From Candidatus Eiseniibacteriota bacterium (GTDB lineage: Bacteria > Eisenbacteria > RBG-16-71-46 > JABDJR01), in assembly GCA_963762255.1 (NCBI GenBank), contig CAVXKA010000002.1, forward strand, positions 960,001 through 1,024,000: DNA of 64,000 bases, read 5' to 3'. The notes beneath the pieces were generated by a model. That model was not told the origin of the DNA. It was given only the letters and a program-made list of their open reading frames with translations, and made no database searches. Both the position numbers and the translations under genes were made by a program. Of the stretch, positions 1 to 11,587 are shown piece after piece. Each line of letters opens with the position of its first letter. Positions within the stretch are counted from its first letter, which is position 1.

Positions 1-10
1 CGCGGTCTAT

Positions 11-1654
11 GTGCGCGCGGTCGACGACGAGGGCGCGGTCTCCGCGCCCGCCCACATAGCGGTCACCGCACGAAGCATAGCCCCGGTCACGACCATCACC
101 GGGCCGAACATCCAATCCACCATCCTCCGTATCGGGCCCGCGCTTCGAGTGTCCTGGCGCGGCGAAGACCTGGATCCTGCCGGGGCGGGCCCTCTTCGGT
201 ACGAGTACAAGCTCATCGACCTGACCGAGCTCGTGCCGCGGGTCCACCTCCTTAGTGTCGTGGATCCGTACATGATCTTGTTGCGTGCAGTGGGCCTGCC
301 CTGGGTTTCGGTGGACGACTCCCTCTCGGTGCGCTTGAGACTCGTCGTCCCCTCTCAGTACGTCTTCGCCGTGCGGGCCATCAACGCGGCGGGCGCGACC
401 GAGCCGTTCTTCGATTGGGGCCGAAACGCCTTCAAGTTCGAGACGCTTTCCGGTGCGGGCTCGCCGCGGCTTACCGTCACGAGCGAGTTGGGCACGTACA
501 CGTGGGACGGCTCGATGACGCATTACGTGACCTATGAAATGTTCCTGGACGCACCGATCCACTTCGTGGTGAGCGCGACGGCTGAAGCGTACGGAGAGGA
601 CATTGCCGGCTGGCGATGGGGTGTCGATCTGGCCGACGTCGAGAGCGAGGAGGGATGGTCCCCTTGGACCACCGACCCGGACCTGTCCCTTCCCTCCTTC
701 GCTCACCCGGGCGTCCACGCCCTCTACATTGAGGCTCGTGATGCCGTCGGCGGGGTGACCCTGGCCACCCTGATCCTCAATGTGATCGAAGCCACGATGG
801 ATCGCCCCGTCCTCTGGGTGGACGATGCCCGGGACACGACGTTCCCGATCGACGCGCAGCAGGATGCGTTCTGGCTGTCCCTGTTTCAGGACTCCGGTCG
901 GTTCAACATGGAGACCGAGTTCTTCAAGTTCGAGGTCTACGGTGCGGGCGACGTCTTCAGCCCGACACCGATGCCTCCCACGCTGGAGCAGTTGGGGCGC
1001 TACAAGACGATCGTCTGGGAATGCACTGGGGGTGGCTACGACAGCCAGAGCGGGCTCCTCTACGTCTCGACTTTGAATCGGCAGCTTGGCGTCTACCTGC
1101 TGGCGGGCGGACAACTCTGGGTGGACGGCACGCTCACGGTTCCGGCGATGCTGCCATCGCAGGTCTCCATCCATTCCGACTTCAACTACCCCAAGAACGT
1201 GGCAGCCGAACCGAGCAGCTTCGCCTATCACTTCATGAAGCTGGCTTCGAGCCGCATCATGAACGCCAAGGGCGCGGTTCCGAACGACAACATGATTGGG
1301 GTGAAACCCTTCCCGGGCAGCACCGCCATCTACCCGCAGATGGACCAGGACTCGAACAAGATCAACCCCTTCAAGGCCTCGATCAGCCACTGCGACGCCA
1401 TTTACGACCCGATCTACCTCCAGGACTCCGGGCTCGCGGGCGTCCTCGACTCGCTCTACGTCTATCAGGCCAAGAGCGCGATCAGTTCCTATCAGAACAA
1501 GCTCAACGCAGTCCGCTGGCACGATCCCGATCCGGCGCGCGAGCACGGCCGCACCCAGTGGTTCGGCTTCCCCCTCTACTACATGAAGAAGGACCAGGCC
1601 CAGGAGACCTTCAACCGGGCGATCGACTGGTTCCGGGAGGAGATGAGGCCTTAG
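11..1654 (+). CDS. Exported/lipoprotein-like hypothetical protein, 5'-truncated by the window edge; paralog of the next gene
   Basis: Frame is open from the window start. It has repeated 'F.VRA.D..G' Ig/FN3-like strands, and its C-terminus WHDPDPAREHGRTQWFGFPLYYMKK..FNRAIDWFREE is nearly identical to that of 1837..4011. Confidence 0.75.
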   Translation: MRAVDDEGAVSAPAHIAVTARSIAPVTTITGPNIQSTILRIGPALRVSWRGEDLDPAGAGPLRYEYKLIDLTELVPRVHLLSVVDPYMILLRAVGLPWVSVDDSLSVRLRLVVPSQYVFAVRAINAAGATEPFFDWGRNAFKFETLSGAGSPRLTVTSELGTYTWDGSMTHYVTYEMFLDAPIHFVVSATAEAYGEDIAGWRWGVDLADVESEEGWSPWTTDPDLSLPSFAHPGVHALYIEARDAVGGVTLATLILNVIEATMDRPVLWVDDARDTTFPIDAQQDAFWLSLFQDSGRFNMETEFFKFEVYGAGDVFSPTPMPPTLEQLGRYKTIVWECTGGGYDSQSGLLYVSTLNRQLGVYLLAGGQLWVDGTLTVPAMLPSQVSIHSDFNYPKNVAAEPSSFAYHFMKLASSRIMNAKGAVPNDNMIGVKPFPGSTAIYPQMDQDSNKINPFKASISHCDAIYDPIYLQDSGLAGVLDSLYVYQAKSAISSYQNKLNAVRWHDPDPAREHGRTQWFGFPLYYMKKDQAQETFNRAIDWFREEMRP

Positions 1655-1836
1655 AGACGCGCAGGCCCCACACGAGCGGCGCGCGATTCCCCCTCCCGGC
1701 CCGGCCTGCTAGACTCCTTGCACTCCGCGCAGGGCCGGGCCTTGGACCCCCTGGGCCCGCGGGGTATCGATCCACCAGGGCTTGCCGGAATTGCATGAAC
1801 TTCGTCCTCAGATCCCAACGATCCCCGGGCCGCTCC

Positions 1837-4011
1837 ATGCGTGCCTTGCGAGCGCTGCTCGCCGGACTCCTGCTGACCTCGATCGCCGGATGCAGCGACC
1901 ACCCGGAGGACCACCCCACCGCCAACCAGCTTCCCTTGGTGCGCATCACCGGCGGGCCGCTCGAGGGCACGAAGGCCGCCTACACCGCAAGGGTCTACTG
2001 GACGGGTTGGGACAACGACGGCGTCGTCACGAACTATGAATACGCCATCGATCCCCCTCAGGCCTTTACGTTAGAGGAGATCAGCCACCCGGAGCTGTTC
2101 CCCGACATCAAGATCAGGATGATTCCCGGTCCGGCGCTTGGGCTCGACACGCTGCGCGTGTCCAAGACGGTGGACGGAACCGTCCATTCCTTCCGTTGGA
2201 TCCAGACCACAGCCTACAGTCGCTCCTTCGAATTCATGACCCCCGACGCGGATTCCTTGAGCGCCGGTTCGAAGAGGGTCCCCGACACATCGTTCTCGGG
2301 CTTCCACGTGGTCTACGTGCGCGCACGCGACGACGACGGCGATTACGCAGCCCAGGCCGAGCTCCTGGCGTACATCGCGAAGACGTTCGTGCCCGAGTCG
2401 CTCATCACACGGCCGCTCATCAGCGCCAACGTCCTTCCGGTCGGAAGCACGATCACCGTGCACTGGGACGGGCTCGACGCCGACTCGCCCGATCCGAACA
2501 AGAAGCCTGTCGGCTATATCCATCGACTGCTCAACCTCGAAAGTCTTCAACCGACGCCATCCCTGCTGCACGTGCAGGCCTCGGTGCTCTTCAACCCGGC
2601 GGGCCGAGAGAGCACCTGGACCTATCAGAGCGCGGACACGTTGAGCCGCACCTTCTACCTGAACACCAAGGACCGCTATGTGTTCGGGGTGCGCGCGGTG
2701 GATGTGGCCGGAGCGATCGAGCCGTTCCTCGACTACGGGCGAAACGCGTTCAAGTTCCAGTCGTTCGCGGGAGGCGGAAACCCGCGCCTGACGGTCACCG
2801 AACCCTCGTTGGGGACCTTCGAGTTTCGCGGCTCCGGAACCGCCTACGACGTAGAGGTTCCATTTGGCGCGTCGCTCCGCTTCACGTGGAGCGCCTCCGC
2901 CGAGGACTACGGCGGCACCATCGAGGGGTTCAGCTACGGGGTGGACATCCCCGACCTCGACCGCGAGGGACCCACCTCGGGCTGGAGCGGGTGGGGATTG
3001 TTCTACGCCAACTTCCAGCCCATCGTGTTCCGCACATCCGGCGTGCACGTGTTCTACGTGAGGGCGCGGGACGTGTCGGGAAGCGTCACGCTGGGCATCC
3101 TCGTCATCAACGTGCTGGAGTTCCCATTGGACCGGGAGATCCTCATGGTGGACGACTCTCTCGACCGGACCCATCCGGACGATGTGGAGCATGACGCCTT
3201 CTGGACCTCGCTCTTCGACGACTCGGGTCGGTTCGGGGAAACGGGGCACTTCGATCACGCCGTGCACGGAGCCAACGATACGTACTCGGCGGCCCCCATC
3301 CCGCCCCGACTGAGCGACCTGGGCCGCTACCAGACCGTCATCTGGGCCTGCACCGGGAGCGGTTACAACGGCCAGAGCGGCCTCTTCTCCACGACCGTGT
3401 TCAAGAAGCACCTCGGCGCGTATCTGCGGGCGGGAGGCAAGCTGTGGCTGACCGGCACGATGACCGTCGCCGCATCGATGCCCTCCGTCACCGGGACCAA
3501 CGCCGACCTGGTGTACCCCAAATCCCCCGATCGCGGCACGTTCCCGTTCGACTTCCTCAAGCTGTATTCCACCAAGATCGACAACGACAGGGGCACGCGC
3601 AAGAACAACAACTTGATCGGCGTGAGCCCGTTCCCCGGGAAACCGGAGATCTACCCCCCGATGGATTCGGACGGGGTGAAGGTCGGGACATACAAGAGCG
3701 GAATCAGTCACAGCGACGCAGTATTCGACCCCATCTACGGCCAGGACCAAGACGACTTCAGCGGCAAGATCGACTCGCTCTACGTCTACCTGTCCTATGT
3801 GCCCAACACGACATACAACAGGAAGCTCAACGCCATCCGGTGGCACGACCCCGATCCGGCGCGCAGACAGGGGCGCACGCAATGGTTCGGGTTCCCTCTA
3901 TACTTTATGAAGAAGGAACAAGCGCAGATCGTCTTCAATCGGTCGATCGACTGGTTCCGCGAGGAGCAGCGATTCGAGCCTAACGAGATGCCGGCGTCGC
4001 CGTCTCGTTAG
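1837..4011 (+). CDS. Large lipoprotein (724 aa) with Ig/FN3-like repeats; function unknown
   Basis: ATG 1837 gives MRALRALLAGLLLTSIAGC, a signal peptide with lipobox. Alternative ATG at 1795. The ORF-track extension to 1021 overlaps the previous gene and is spurious. Confidence 0.8.
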   Translation: MRALRALLAGLLLTSIAGCSDHPEDHPTANQLPLVRITGGPLEGTKAAYTARVYWTGWDNDGVVTNYEYAIDPPQAFTLEEISHPELFPDIKIRMIPGPALGLDTLRVSKTVDGTVHSFRWIQTTAYSRSFEFMTPDADSLSAGSKRVPDTSFSGFHVVYVRARDDDGDYAAQAELLAYIAKTFVPESLITRPLISANVLPVGSTITVHWDGLDADSPDPNKKPVGYIHRLLNLESLQPTPSLLHVQASVLFNPAGRESTWTYQSADTLSRTFYLNTKDRYVFGVRAVDVAGAIEPFLDYGRNAFKFQSFAGGGNPRLTVTEPSLGTFEFRGSGTAYDVEVPFGASLRFTWSASAEDYGGTIEGFSYGVDIPDLDREGPTSGWSGWGLFYANFQPIVFRTSGVHVFYVRARDVSGSVTLGILVINVLEFPLDREILMVDDSLDRTHPDDVEHDAFWTSLFDDSGRFGETGHFDHAVHGANDTYSAAPIPPRLSDLGRYQTVIWACTGSGYNGQSGLFSTTVFKKHLGAYLRAGGKLWLTGTMTVAASMPSVTGTNADLVYPKSPDRGTFPFDFLKLYSTKIDNDRGTRKNNNLIGVSPFPGKPEIYPPMDSDGVKVGTYKSGISHSDAVFDPIYGQDQDDFSGKIDSLYVYLSYVPNTTYNRKLNAIRWHDPDPARRQGRTQWFGFPLYFMKKEQAQIVFNRSIDWFREEQRFEPNEMPASPSR

Positions 4012-5987
4012 GCTCGCAGATACTTCTCCAGCCACCCGAGTACATTGTCCCACCACACCCGGCGGTTCTTGGGCTTCAGAACCCAGTGCCCCTCGTCGGG
4101 GAAGTAGAGGAATCGCGAGGGCACTCCGCGGCGCTGAAGCGCGGTAAACATGGTGAGCCCCTCGCTCACAGGGCAACGGAAGTCCTGTTCGCCCTGCACG
4201 ACCAGGGTCGGGGTGCGCATGCTCCCCACGTGCAGATGCGGCGACCACTTGCGGTACTCCTCGGGTCGCTCCCACGGCGCGCCGAAGAACTCCCACTCCG
4301 TGAACCAGAGCTCGTCGGTCGCGTAGTCCATCATCTCGGTGTTGAAGATGCCGTCGTGGCTGATCAGGCAGCGGAAGCGGTCGGTGTGGCCGGCGATCCA
4401 ATTCACCATGTACCCGCCGAAGCTCCCGCCGGCGGCGGCGGTCCGCTCTCCGTCGCAGTAATCGTAGGACGCGAGGACGTGGTTGAATCCGCGCTCGAGG
4501 TCCTCGTAGCAGGCCCCGCCCCATTCGCCGCGGATGGCGTCGGTGAAGGCCTGTCCGTAGCTGGTGCTCCCGCGGAAGTTGATCATCACCACGACATAGC
4601 CGGGAGAGGCGAAGAGCTGGGAGTTCCACCGCTCGTGGAAGTCGAGCCCGAACATCCCCTGAGGACCGCCGTGGATCAGGAAGACCACGGGGTACTTGAG
4701 TCCCTTTTCGAATCCCGGGGGCTTGATCAGGAAGCCGTGTACGCGGGCCCCTTGTGCCCCCTCGAACCAGAAGTCCTCAGCGGGCCCGAGATCGAGTTCG
4801 GACAGAAGTTCGCGGTTGAGCGCCGTGAGTGCGACGGCGTCGCCCCCGCGGGCGGCTACCCGGTGGATCTCGGGAGGGCCGTCGGCCCCTTCGCGGCCGA
4901 ACACGAGCCAGGCCCCGTCCGGGCTGATCGCGGGATCGTGATCCGTGGGTCCGTCGGTGAGGGGTCGCGGCGCTCCTCCGTCCGCATCCACCGCGAAGAG
5001 CCGGGTGCGGCCATCGTCCTGTGCGGAGAAGTAAAGGTGCTTTCCGTCGGGACTCCAGACCGTCGGCCCCGCCGAGCGGTCGAAGTCGGGCGCCACCTCG
5101 CGCACCTTCCCCGTGCGCCGATCGAAGACGAGGATCTCGCGCTTGTCCGCCTCGTAGCCGGCCCGGCGCATGCCGAGGTAGGCGATCTGCGCTCCGTCGG
5201 GCGAGTAGACCGGAAACGCGTTGCCGCCATCCCACGGGCTGATCCGCTTCGGCTCGCCACCGGAGACCGGGATGGTCCACAGGTGAGCGCTGGTCGACAG
5301 TGCCTGCGCGTCGTCGCGAAGCGAGACGAAGCAGATCTCCTTGCCGTCCGGTGACACGGCGTAGTCCGGTTCGCCGGTCAACGAGCGCGGCGGCACCGGG
5401 TAGGGCCCGGGGGTAAGATCCCGCGCCGCGCCGGTCCCGAGATCGACCGCGAACAGGTGATCGATCTTTCCCTCGCCCCAGGAATCCCAGTGGCGAAACA
5501 TGAGCGCGTCGATCTCGCGCGGCCGGACTTTCTCCTTCTCGGCCGCCGCTTCCCGCTTGGCGATTTCATCGGGGTCGTTGGTGTCGGCGTAGACGGAGGA
5601 GATCACCAGCAACCGCTTCCCATCGGGGAACCACATCGGACGCTGCGCACCGAGCTTGATATCTGTGACTTTGCGGGCCTCGCCACCCTCGGTGGGAAGA
5701 ACCCACACCTGCGACGTGCCGCTCCGGTTCGATGTGAAGGCGATCCACCGGCCATCGGGCGAGAACGCGTGGTCGCCGTTCGAAGTGCCCTGCCGCGTGA
5801 GCTGCACCGGCTCCCCGCCGGCCAGCGGCATCCGGTGGAGGTGACTCACGTTCCGGTTCTCTTCCAGGCTCGGCTTCGAAACGACGAACACCACCGACGT
5901 CCCGTCCGGAGATACCCGTGGCCGGCTCGCACGGTGCATCGACAAGAGATCCGCGACCTGCATCGGCCGCTTGCGGTTTGCGTTCAC
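4008..5987 (-). CDS. S9 family (prolyl oligopeptidase/dipeptidyl-peptidase 5-like) peptidase
   Basis: PD40-like SPDG repeats, HGGPQG, nucleophile motif GGSFGG, D in GEQDFRC, H in DEGHW. Confidence 0.92.
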   Translation of the reverse strand: MNANRKRPMQVADLLSMHRASRPRVSPDGTSVVFVVSKPSLEENRNVSHLHRMPLAGGEPVQLTRQGTSNGDHAFSPDGRWIAFTSNRSGTSQVWVLPTEGGEARKVTDIKLGAQRPMWFPDGKRLLVISSVYADTNDPDEIAKREAAAEKEKVRPREIDALMFRHWDSWGEGKIDHLFAVDLGTGAARDLTPGPYPVPPRSLTGEPDYAVSPDGKEICFVSLRDDAQALSTSAHLWTIPVSGGEPKRISPWDGGNAFPVYSPDGAQIAYLGMRRAGYEADKREILVFDRRTGKVREVAPDFDRSAGPTVWSPDGKHLYFSAQDDGRTRLFAVDADGGAPRPLTDGPTDHDPAISPDGAWLVFGREGADGPPEIHRVAARGGDAVALTALNRELLSELDLGPAEDFWFEGAQGARVHGFLIKPPGFEKGLKYPVVFLIHGGPQGMFGLDFHERWNSQLFASPGYVVVMINFRGSTSYGQAFTDAIRGEWGGACYEDLERGFNHVLASYDYCDGERTAAAGGSFGGYMVNWIAGHTDRFRCLISHDGIFNTEMMDYATDELWFTEWEFFGAPWERPEEYRKWSPHLHVGSMRTPTLVVQGEQDFRCPVSEGLTMFTALQRRGVPSRFLYFPDEGHWVLKPKNRRVWWDNVLGWLEKYLRA

Positions 5988-6014
5988 GTCATACTCCCGC
6001 CGGTTTCCCGGCTC

Positions 6015-7075
<1,061 letters not shown>

Positions 7076-7079
<4 letters not shown>

Positions 7080-8944
7080 GAGCGCCCGGTCTCCGTGAGT
7101 TGCTGAATCCTCTCGATGATCTCATCCACCGTGAACGGCTTCCCCTGCACCTTGCCGAAGGCGATCGCGTCCACGAGGTACTTTCCGCGCAGCAGGAAGG
7201 CGAGCTGACCGGTGTTCATCTCCGGCACGAGCACCGTGCGAAAACGACCGAGCGCTTCCCCGAGATCGCGGGGAAGCGGGTTCAGGTACCGCAAGTGAAG
7301 GTGACCCACCGAGAGTCCGCGCGAGACCGCCTCCTCCGCCGCGCCGCGCAGCGCGCCGAAGGTGCCGCCCCACCCTACCATCAGCACCTCTCCGCTCTGC
7401 TCGCCGTAGATCTCCACCGGCGGGATCTCTTCCGCCACGCGCTCCACCTTCTCCGCCCGCAGACGGATCATATGCTCGTGGTTCTCGGCGTCGTAGGAGA
7501 TGGTGCCGGTTCCGTCCTGCTTCTCCAGCCCGCCGATCCGATGCTCCAACCCCGCGGTTCCGGGTCGAGCCCAGTTGCGCGCCAGGGTCCCGGGGTCGCG
7601 GCCGTAGGGCAGGAACGGCTCTCCATCCGTGGGCGGCGCCGCGAACCTCACCTTGATCTCGGGCAAATCCTCCGCACGGGGAATGCGGAACGGCTCCGAG
7701 CCGGTGGCGATGTATCCGTCGGTGAGCAGCACGACCGGGGTCATGTACTTGAGTGCGATACGCGCGGCCTCGAACGCCATCCAGAAGCAGTCCCCGGCGG
7801 TGGCGGCGGCGAGCACCGGGAGCGGGGACTCGCCGTGCCGTCCGTAGAGTGCCTGGAAGAGGTCGGCCTGCTCCGGCTTCGTCGGGAGCCCCGTCGAAGG
7901 CCCACCTCGCTGGATGTTGACGACAACGAGCGGCAGCTCGGTCATGACCGCAAGGCCGAGCGCTTCGCCCTTGAGCGCCATGCCGGGACCGCTGGTCGTG
8001 GTCACCGCCAGCGCTCCCGCGAAGGCGGCGCCGATCGACGAGGTGATCGCCGCGATCTCGTCCTCGGCCTGAAACGTCACCACCTCGTAGTTCTTGTAAC
8101 GGCTCAGTTCGTGCAGCACGTCGCTGGCCGGGGTGATCGGGTAGGAGCCCTGGAACAGGGTGAGCCCCGCGCGCTGCGCCGCGCAGATGAGGCCCAGCGC
8201 CAGCGCTCCGTTCCCGGAGATGCTCCGGTACCAGCCTGGATCGAGCGGGGCCGGCGGCACCTCGTAGGTGGACTGGAAGAGTTCGGAGGCCCGCGCGAAC
8301 TCGGTGCCCCCCTTCAGCGCGAGCAGGTTTGCTTCCACCAGATCGGGACGCGCCGCGAACTTGCTCTCGATCCACTTCACCGTGGTCTCCGGCGAGCGGC
8401 TGTAGAGCCAGTACATGATCCCCAGTGCGAAGAAGTTCTTGCAGCGATCCTTCTCCTTGGGCGTGAGCTGCGTGCTCTCCAGCGACTTGCGGGTCAGCTC
8501 GGTGAGCGGCGCGGCCACCACGCGGAAGGCGTCGAGCGTGTGATCCTCGAGCGGGTTCGTCGTGTAGCCCACGCGCTCGAGATTGCGCTGCGTGAAGGCA
8601 TCGAGGTTGAGGATCAGGATCCCGTTCGGGCGCAACTCCGCGATGTTCAAGCGCAGCGCGGCGGGGTTCATGGCCACCAGCACGTCGGGGCGCCCCCCCG
8701 GCGTGTGGATATCGTGGCTCGAAAAGCGGATCTGGAAACCGGAGACGCCGGGAAGCGTCCCCGCCGGGGCGCGAATCTCGGCGGGAAAATCGGGCAGCGT
8801 GGCGAGATCGTTGCCGGCAATGGCGGTGGTGGTCGAGAACTGGCTCCCGGTGAGCTGCATGCCGTCGCCGGAATCCCCGGCGAAGCGGATGACCACGTCG
8901 TCCAGTCGCTCCGGCTTCACGGCGTTTCGAGCTTTCGCGTCCAT
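7076..8944 (-). CDS. korA: 2-oxoacid:ferredoxin oxidoreductase alpha subunit (gamma-alpha fusion)
   Basis: AGDSGDGMQLTG, PAEIRAPAG, YPITPAS, QAEDEIAA, QRGGPSTGLPTK. ATGA overlap with korB. Start MDAK at 8944. Confidence 0.93.
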
Positions 8945-8970
8945 GCAGGTGGTCCGTGGGTGGTTGGGGT

Positions 8971-9783
8971 TCAGCCGGCCAGGATGCGTTCGAGACGGCG
9001 GGCGTGGGCGCGCACCGAGGGATCGCCGTGCCCCGCGTAGTCCCGAACCACACGCAGGAGCCCGCGCTTCTGGCGCGCGGAACCGTGGCCGGAGTCGAAC
9101 CACAACTCTACCTGATGCTCGATCTGGCGTGCCACCGGCCGCGCCGCCGAGGCGCCGTCGTTGAGCCAGCGCGCCATCTCGTCCAGCGCGTATTCGGGGT
9201 GGCTCAGGTAGAGACCCTGGCCAAGGACATGACCGAGGAGCCGCCGCACGCGCACGTGCCGTTCGCCCCGCAGCACGCGCAGCACCTTGAGCGTGGAGCG
9301 AGGGTCGGTTCGCGCGGGCACCTCGAGGCCGTGCAGCGCGGCCCAGCGGCGCCAGGGATCCCGGTGGGCCAGCCAGGGCGACATCAGCCGGAACATGTCG
9401 CGGGGAGCGCGGCCCCACATCCAGTAGAGCTCCTCCATGATCGCGACCCAGGGGCGGCGCCCCGGGAGGGACGCTACGCGTCCCATTTCACGCACGAACG
9501 CGCGGGGGTCGTCGTCGTAAAGATAGGCCCGGGCATAGAGGACGGCGGTCCGCACTCCGAGCCGCCGGTCGTTCTCGTGATCGGCGATGAACTCGTCGGC
9601 TGCGGCTCGTCGGGACCGGCCGCATCGGGCGAGGGCGTAGCCGACGTCGTCAAGATGATCGAGATCCTCGCTCATGCAGAGACCCAACAGCCACCGCTTC
9701 GTTTCGGCTCGAGGCCAATCATCGAGACATTTCCAGACGGCGGTCTTGAGCGTCTTGCTTTCCGGACGGGCGCTCCTGCTCAC
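8971..9783 (-). CDS. Hypothetical HEAT-repeat protein (AlkD/DNA alkylation repair-like)
   Basis: Helical repeats such as WLAHRDPWRRWAA, ERHVRVRRLLG and GDPSVRAHAR. Family assignment is tentative. Confidence 0.5.
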   Translation of the reverse strand: MSRSARPESKTLKTAVWKCLDDWPRAETKRWLLGLCMSEDLDHLDDVGYALARCGRSRRAAADEFIADHENDRRLGVRTAVLYARAYLYDDDPRAFVREMGRVASLPGRRPWVAIMEELYWMWGRAPRDMFRLMSPWLAHRDPWRRWAALHGLEVPARTDPRSTLKVLRVLRGERHVRVRRLLGHVLGQGLYLSHPEYALDEMARWLNDGASAARPVARQIEHQVELWFDSGHGSARQKRGLLRVVRDYAGHGDPSVRAHARRLERILAG

Positions 9784-9908
9784 ACCCTTACTCCTTTGCG
9801 CGACACAAGGGGCCGCGCACGACCTTGGGCATGATAGAAAATGACCGCCGGGTGCGCCAGAGTATTTTGTGGTGCGGCGCGTGCTTGCCTTCGGTCGCGG
9901 ACTCGGCC

Positions 9909-9952
9909 GGAAAAGCCGGGGCCCCTTCCGCCTGTTGTTGGAAGGGGCCCCG
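9909..9952 (-). terminator. Intrinsic terminator after the TWG-tail gene pair
   Basis: 13-bp stem cggggccccttcc/ggaaggggccccg (9917-9929/9940-9952), followed on the minus strand by GCTTTT. Confidence 0.7.
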
Positions 9953-9986
9953 CGAAACAGAAACGCCTGTGGTCGACGTGATCTAG

Positions 9987-10682
9987 CTAGTACAGGCTCT
10001 TGATCCGTCCCCAGGTGGAGGACTCGGTCGCGACTGGAGGCTGCACGTCGAGCTTGGTGTCCGACATCCCGAAGTAGCCCAGATTGGCCACAGGAACAAC
10101 TTCCGGATCCACGCTGAAGCCCCCGGTGTCCTTCCCGATGAACCCCATACCGGACTGGCTCACGCGGCTGAACAGCGATCCACCCGTGAACTGGAAGTCG
10201 GAGTTCTGGCTTCCGGTCGTCTTGATCGTAGAAGTGTGGAATCCGGAGAACGAACCTTCCAGGATCATCGTCCCGTCCTGGAACGTGGCGATGTTTCCGA
10301 AGTCGGCATTGGGCGAGGCGTCTTCATAGATCCGAAACGTGCCGCCGCTGTAGTTCGTCACGTACTGTGGGTACTGCGGGATGGGGGGAGGCAGGCTCCC
10401 CAGCGACACCATGCCGGTCATGATGTAGGTGTACTCCACCCCCGCGGCGTTCGGGTTCAGGTCCGCGAATGGATCGTTGAAATCCACGACCTTCCCCACG
10501 ATGGTGAGCACGTCGCCCGCGATCGAGGTATGGGTGCCGACCACCCGCGTCCCTTCCCGCGCGTAGCTGGCGGCCCCGAATTCCACCACCGGGTTCACGA
10601 TCGCCGCCCCCACCCCCGAGAACGCCATGACCAGGGCGGTCGAAAGCGTCGCAGTCAGCATGAAGCGATAGCGATTGCGCAT
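9987..10682 (-). CDS. Secreted beta-rich protein with C-terminal TWGxxK tail
   Basis: Signal peptide MRNRYRFMLTATLSTALVMAFSGVGAA; ends VATESSTWGRIKSLY; GGAGG RBS lies within the end of the upstream gene. Confidence 0.85.
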   Translation of the reverse strand: MRNRYRFMLTATLSTALVMAFSGVGAAIVNPVVEFGAASYAREGTRVVGTHTSIAGDVLTIVGKVVDFNDPFADLNPNAAGVEYTYIMTGMVSLGSLPPPIPQYPQYVTNYSGGTFRIYEDASPNADFGNIATFQDGTMILEGSFSGFHTSTIKTTGSQNSDFQFTGGSLFSRVSQSGMGFIGKDTGGFSVDPEVVPVANLGYFGMSDTKLDVQPPVATESSTWGRIKSLY

Positions 10683-10685
10683 GGT

Positions 10686-11360
10686 TTATTCCTCCCCCAG
10701 GTACTTGTGCTTGAGACTTCCCCAGGTGCTCGGCGTGGTGCCGATCGTATCCTCGATGTAGAGCGCCCCGTCGATCTGCCAACTGTACCCGATGGGGACC
10801 GGGCTACCCGGCGTCGGGAATGCCCGAAGCCCGGCCAGGGTCCAACCCGTCCTCTGGTAAGTAGGGACGTTTGCGAGCTGGGTTCCGCGGACGAGGTCCA
10901 TCGTCCCCTCCAGGCTCCCTTCCCCGGTGGACAGATCGAAGTACACGGTGAGGCCCGTGAAGTCGGCGCCGATCACGCACTCCCCGTCGGTAAACGTGCT
11001 CGGAGAGACGGCGTTGGGAGGATTGGTCCCGTAGTCCGCCGCCGTTCCGCCCATCAAGGGGTCACCGTACACGTCGAAGGTCCCCCCGGTGAACGAGATG
11101 ACGACGAAGGTCCCGAAGGTATCCGCCTGAGCGATGCACGCCCCGGTGGCGTAGAACGTGTACTCGTTGGTGGCGTAGTCGAAGTTCAGATAGGTGGGCT
11201 CGACAGCGGGAACGTAGCCGACCGCGTTGTAACAGCCGGCCGGATTCCAGTAGTCGTAACCGTAAAAGTCGAGGAAGAGTTCGGCGGCTCCGGCCGCCAC
11301 GGCGAACAGCACGATCACAGCAAAGGCCAAAACCGCTCCCCGATATCTCAAGTTCTTCAT
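10686..11360 (-). CDS. Secreted beta-rich protein with C-terminal TWGxxK tail; paralog of 9987..10682
   Basis: AGGAGG RBS then MKNLRYRGAVLAFAVIVLFAVAAGA; ends IGTTPSTWGSLKHKY; shares EYT.Y, GGTF.(I/V)Y.D, AD(F/Y)G and TF.DG with its neighbour. Confidence 0.85.
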   Translation of the reverse strand: MKNLRYRGAVLAFAVIVLFAVAAGAAELFLDFYGYDYWNPAGCYNAVGYVPAVEPTYLNFDYATNEYTFYATGACIAQADTFGTFVVISFTGGTFDVYGDPLMGGTAADYGTNPPNAVSPSTFTDGECVIGADFTGLTVYFDLSTGEGSLEGTMDLVRGTQLANVPTYQRTGWTLAGLRAFPTPGSPVPIGYSWQIDGALYIEDTIGTTPSTWGSLKHKYLGEE

Positions 11361-11587
11361 GCGGACCTCCTTTGGCGCGCAGAGCAGTGCGCCCGTCGAC
11401 GCGAAGCAGCACACGCGCGGTCAGGGGGAGGATCCCCACCGCGGAGAGTCAAGCAACATCTCGAGTCTGTAGCCCCGTATCTGCCAGACTACCCGATGGT
11501 GCCGGTTCTTTCAAGATAGGAGATGGTTCTTGTAATTCTTTATAGTCTCTGTAATTCAGTATAGATTCAGTACGGTTTGCGGGCGTG

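Noticed and set aside
1021-1836. N-terminal extension of the 996-aa ORF
   Set aside because: It overlaps the preceding gene out of frame, and the lipoprotein signal starts at 1837.
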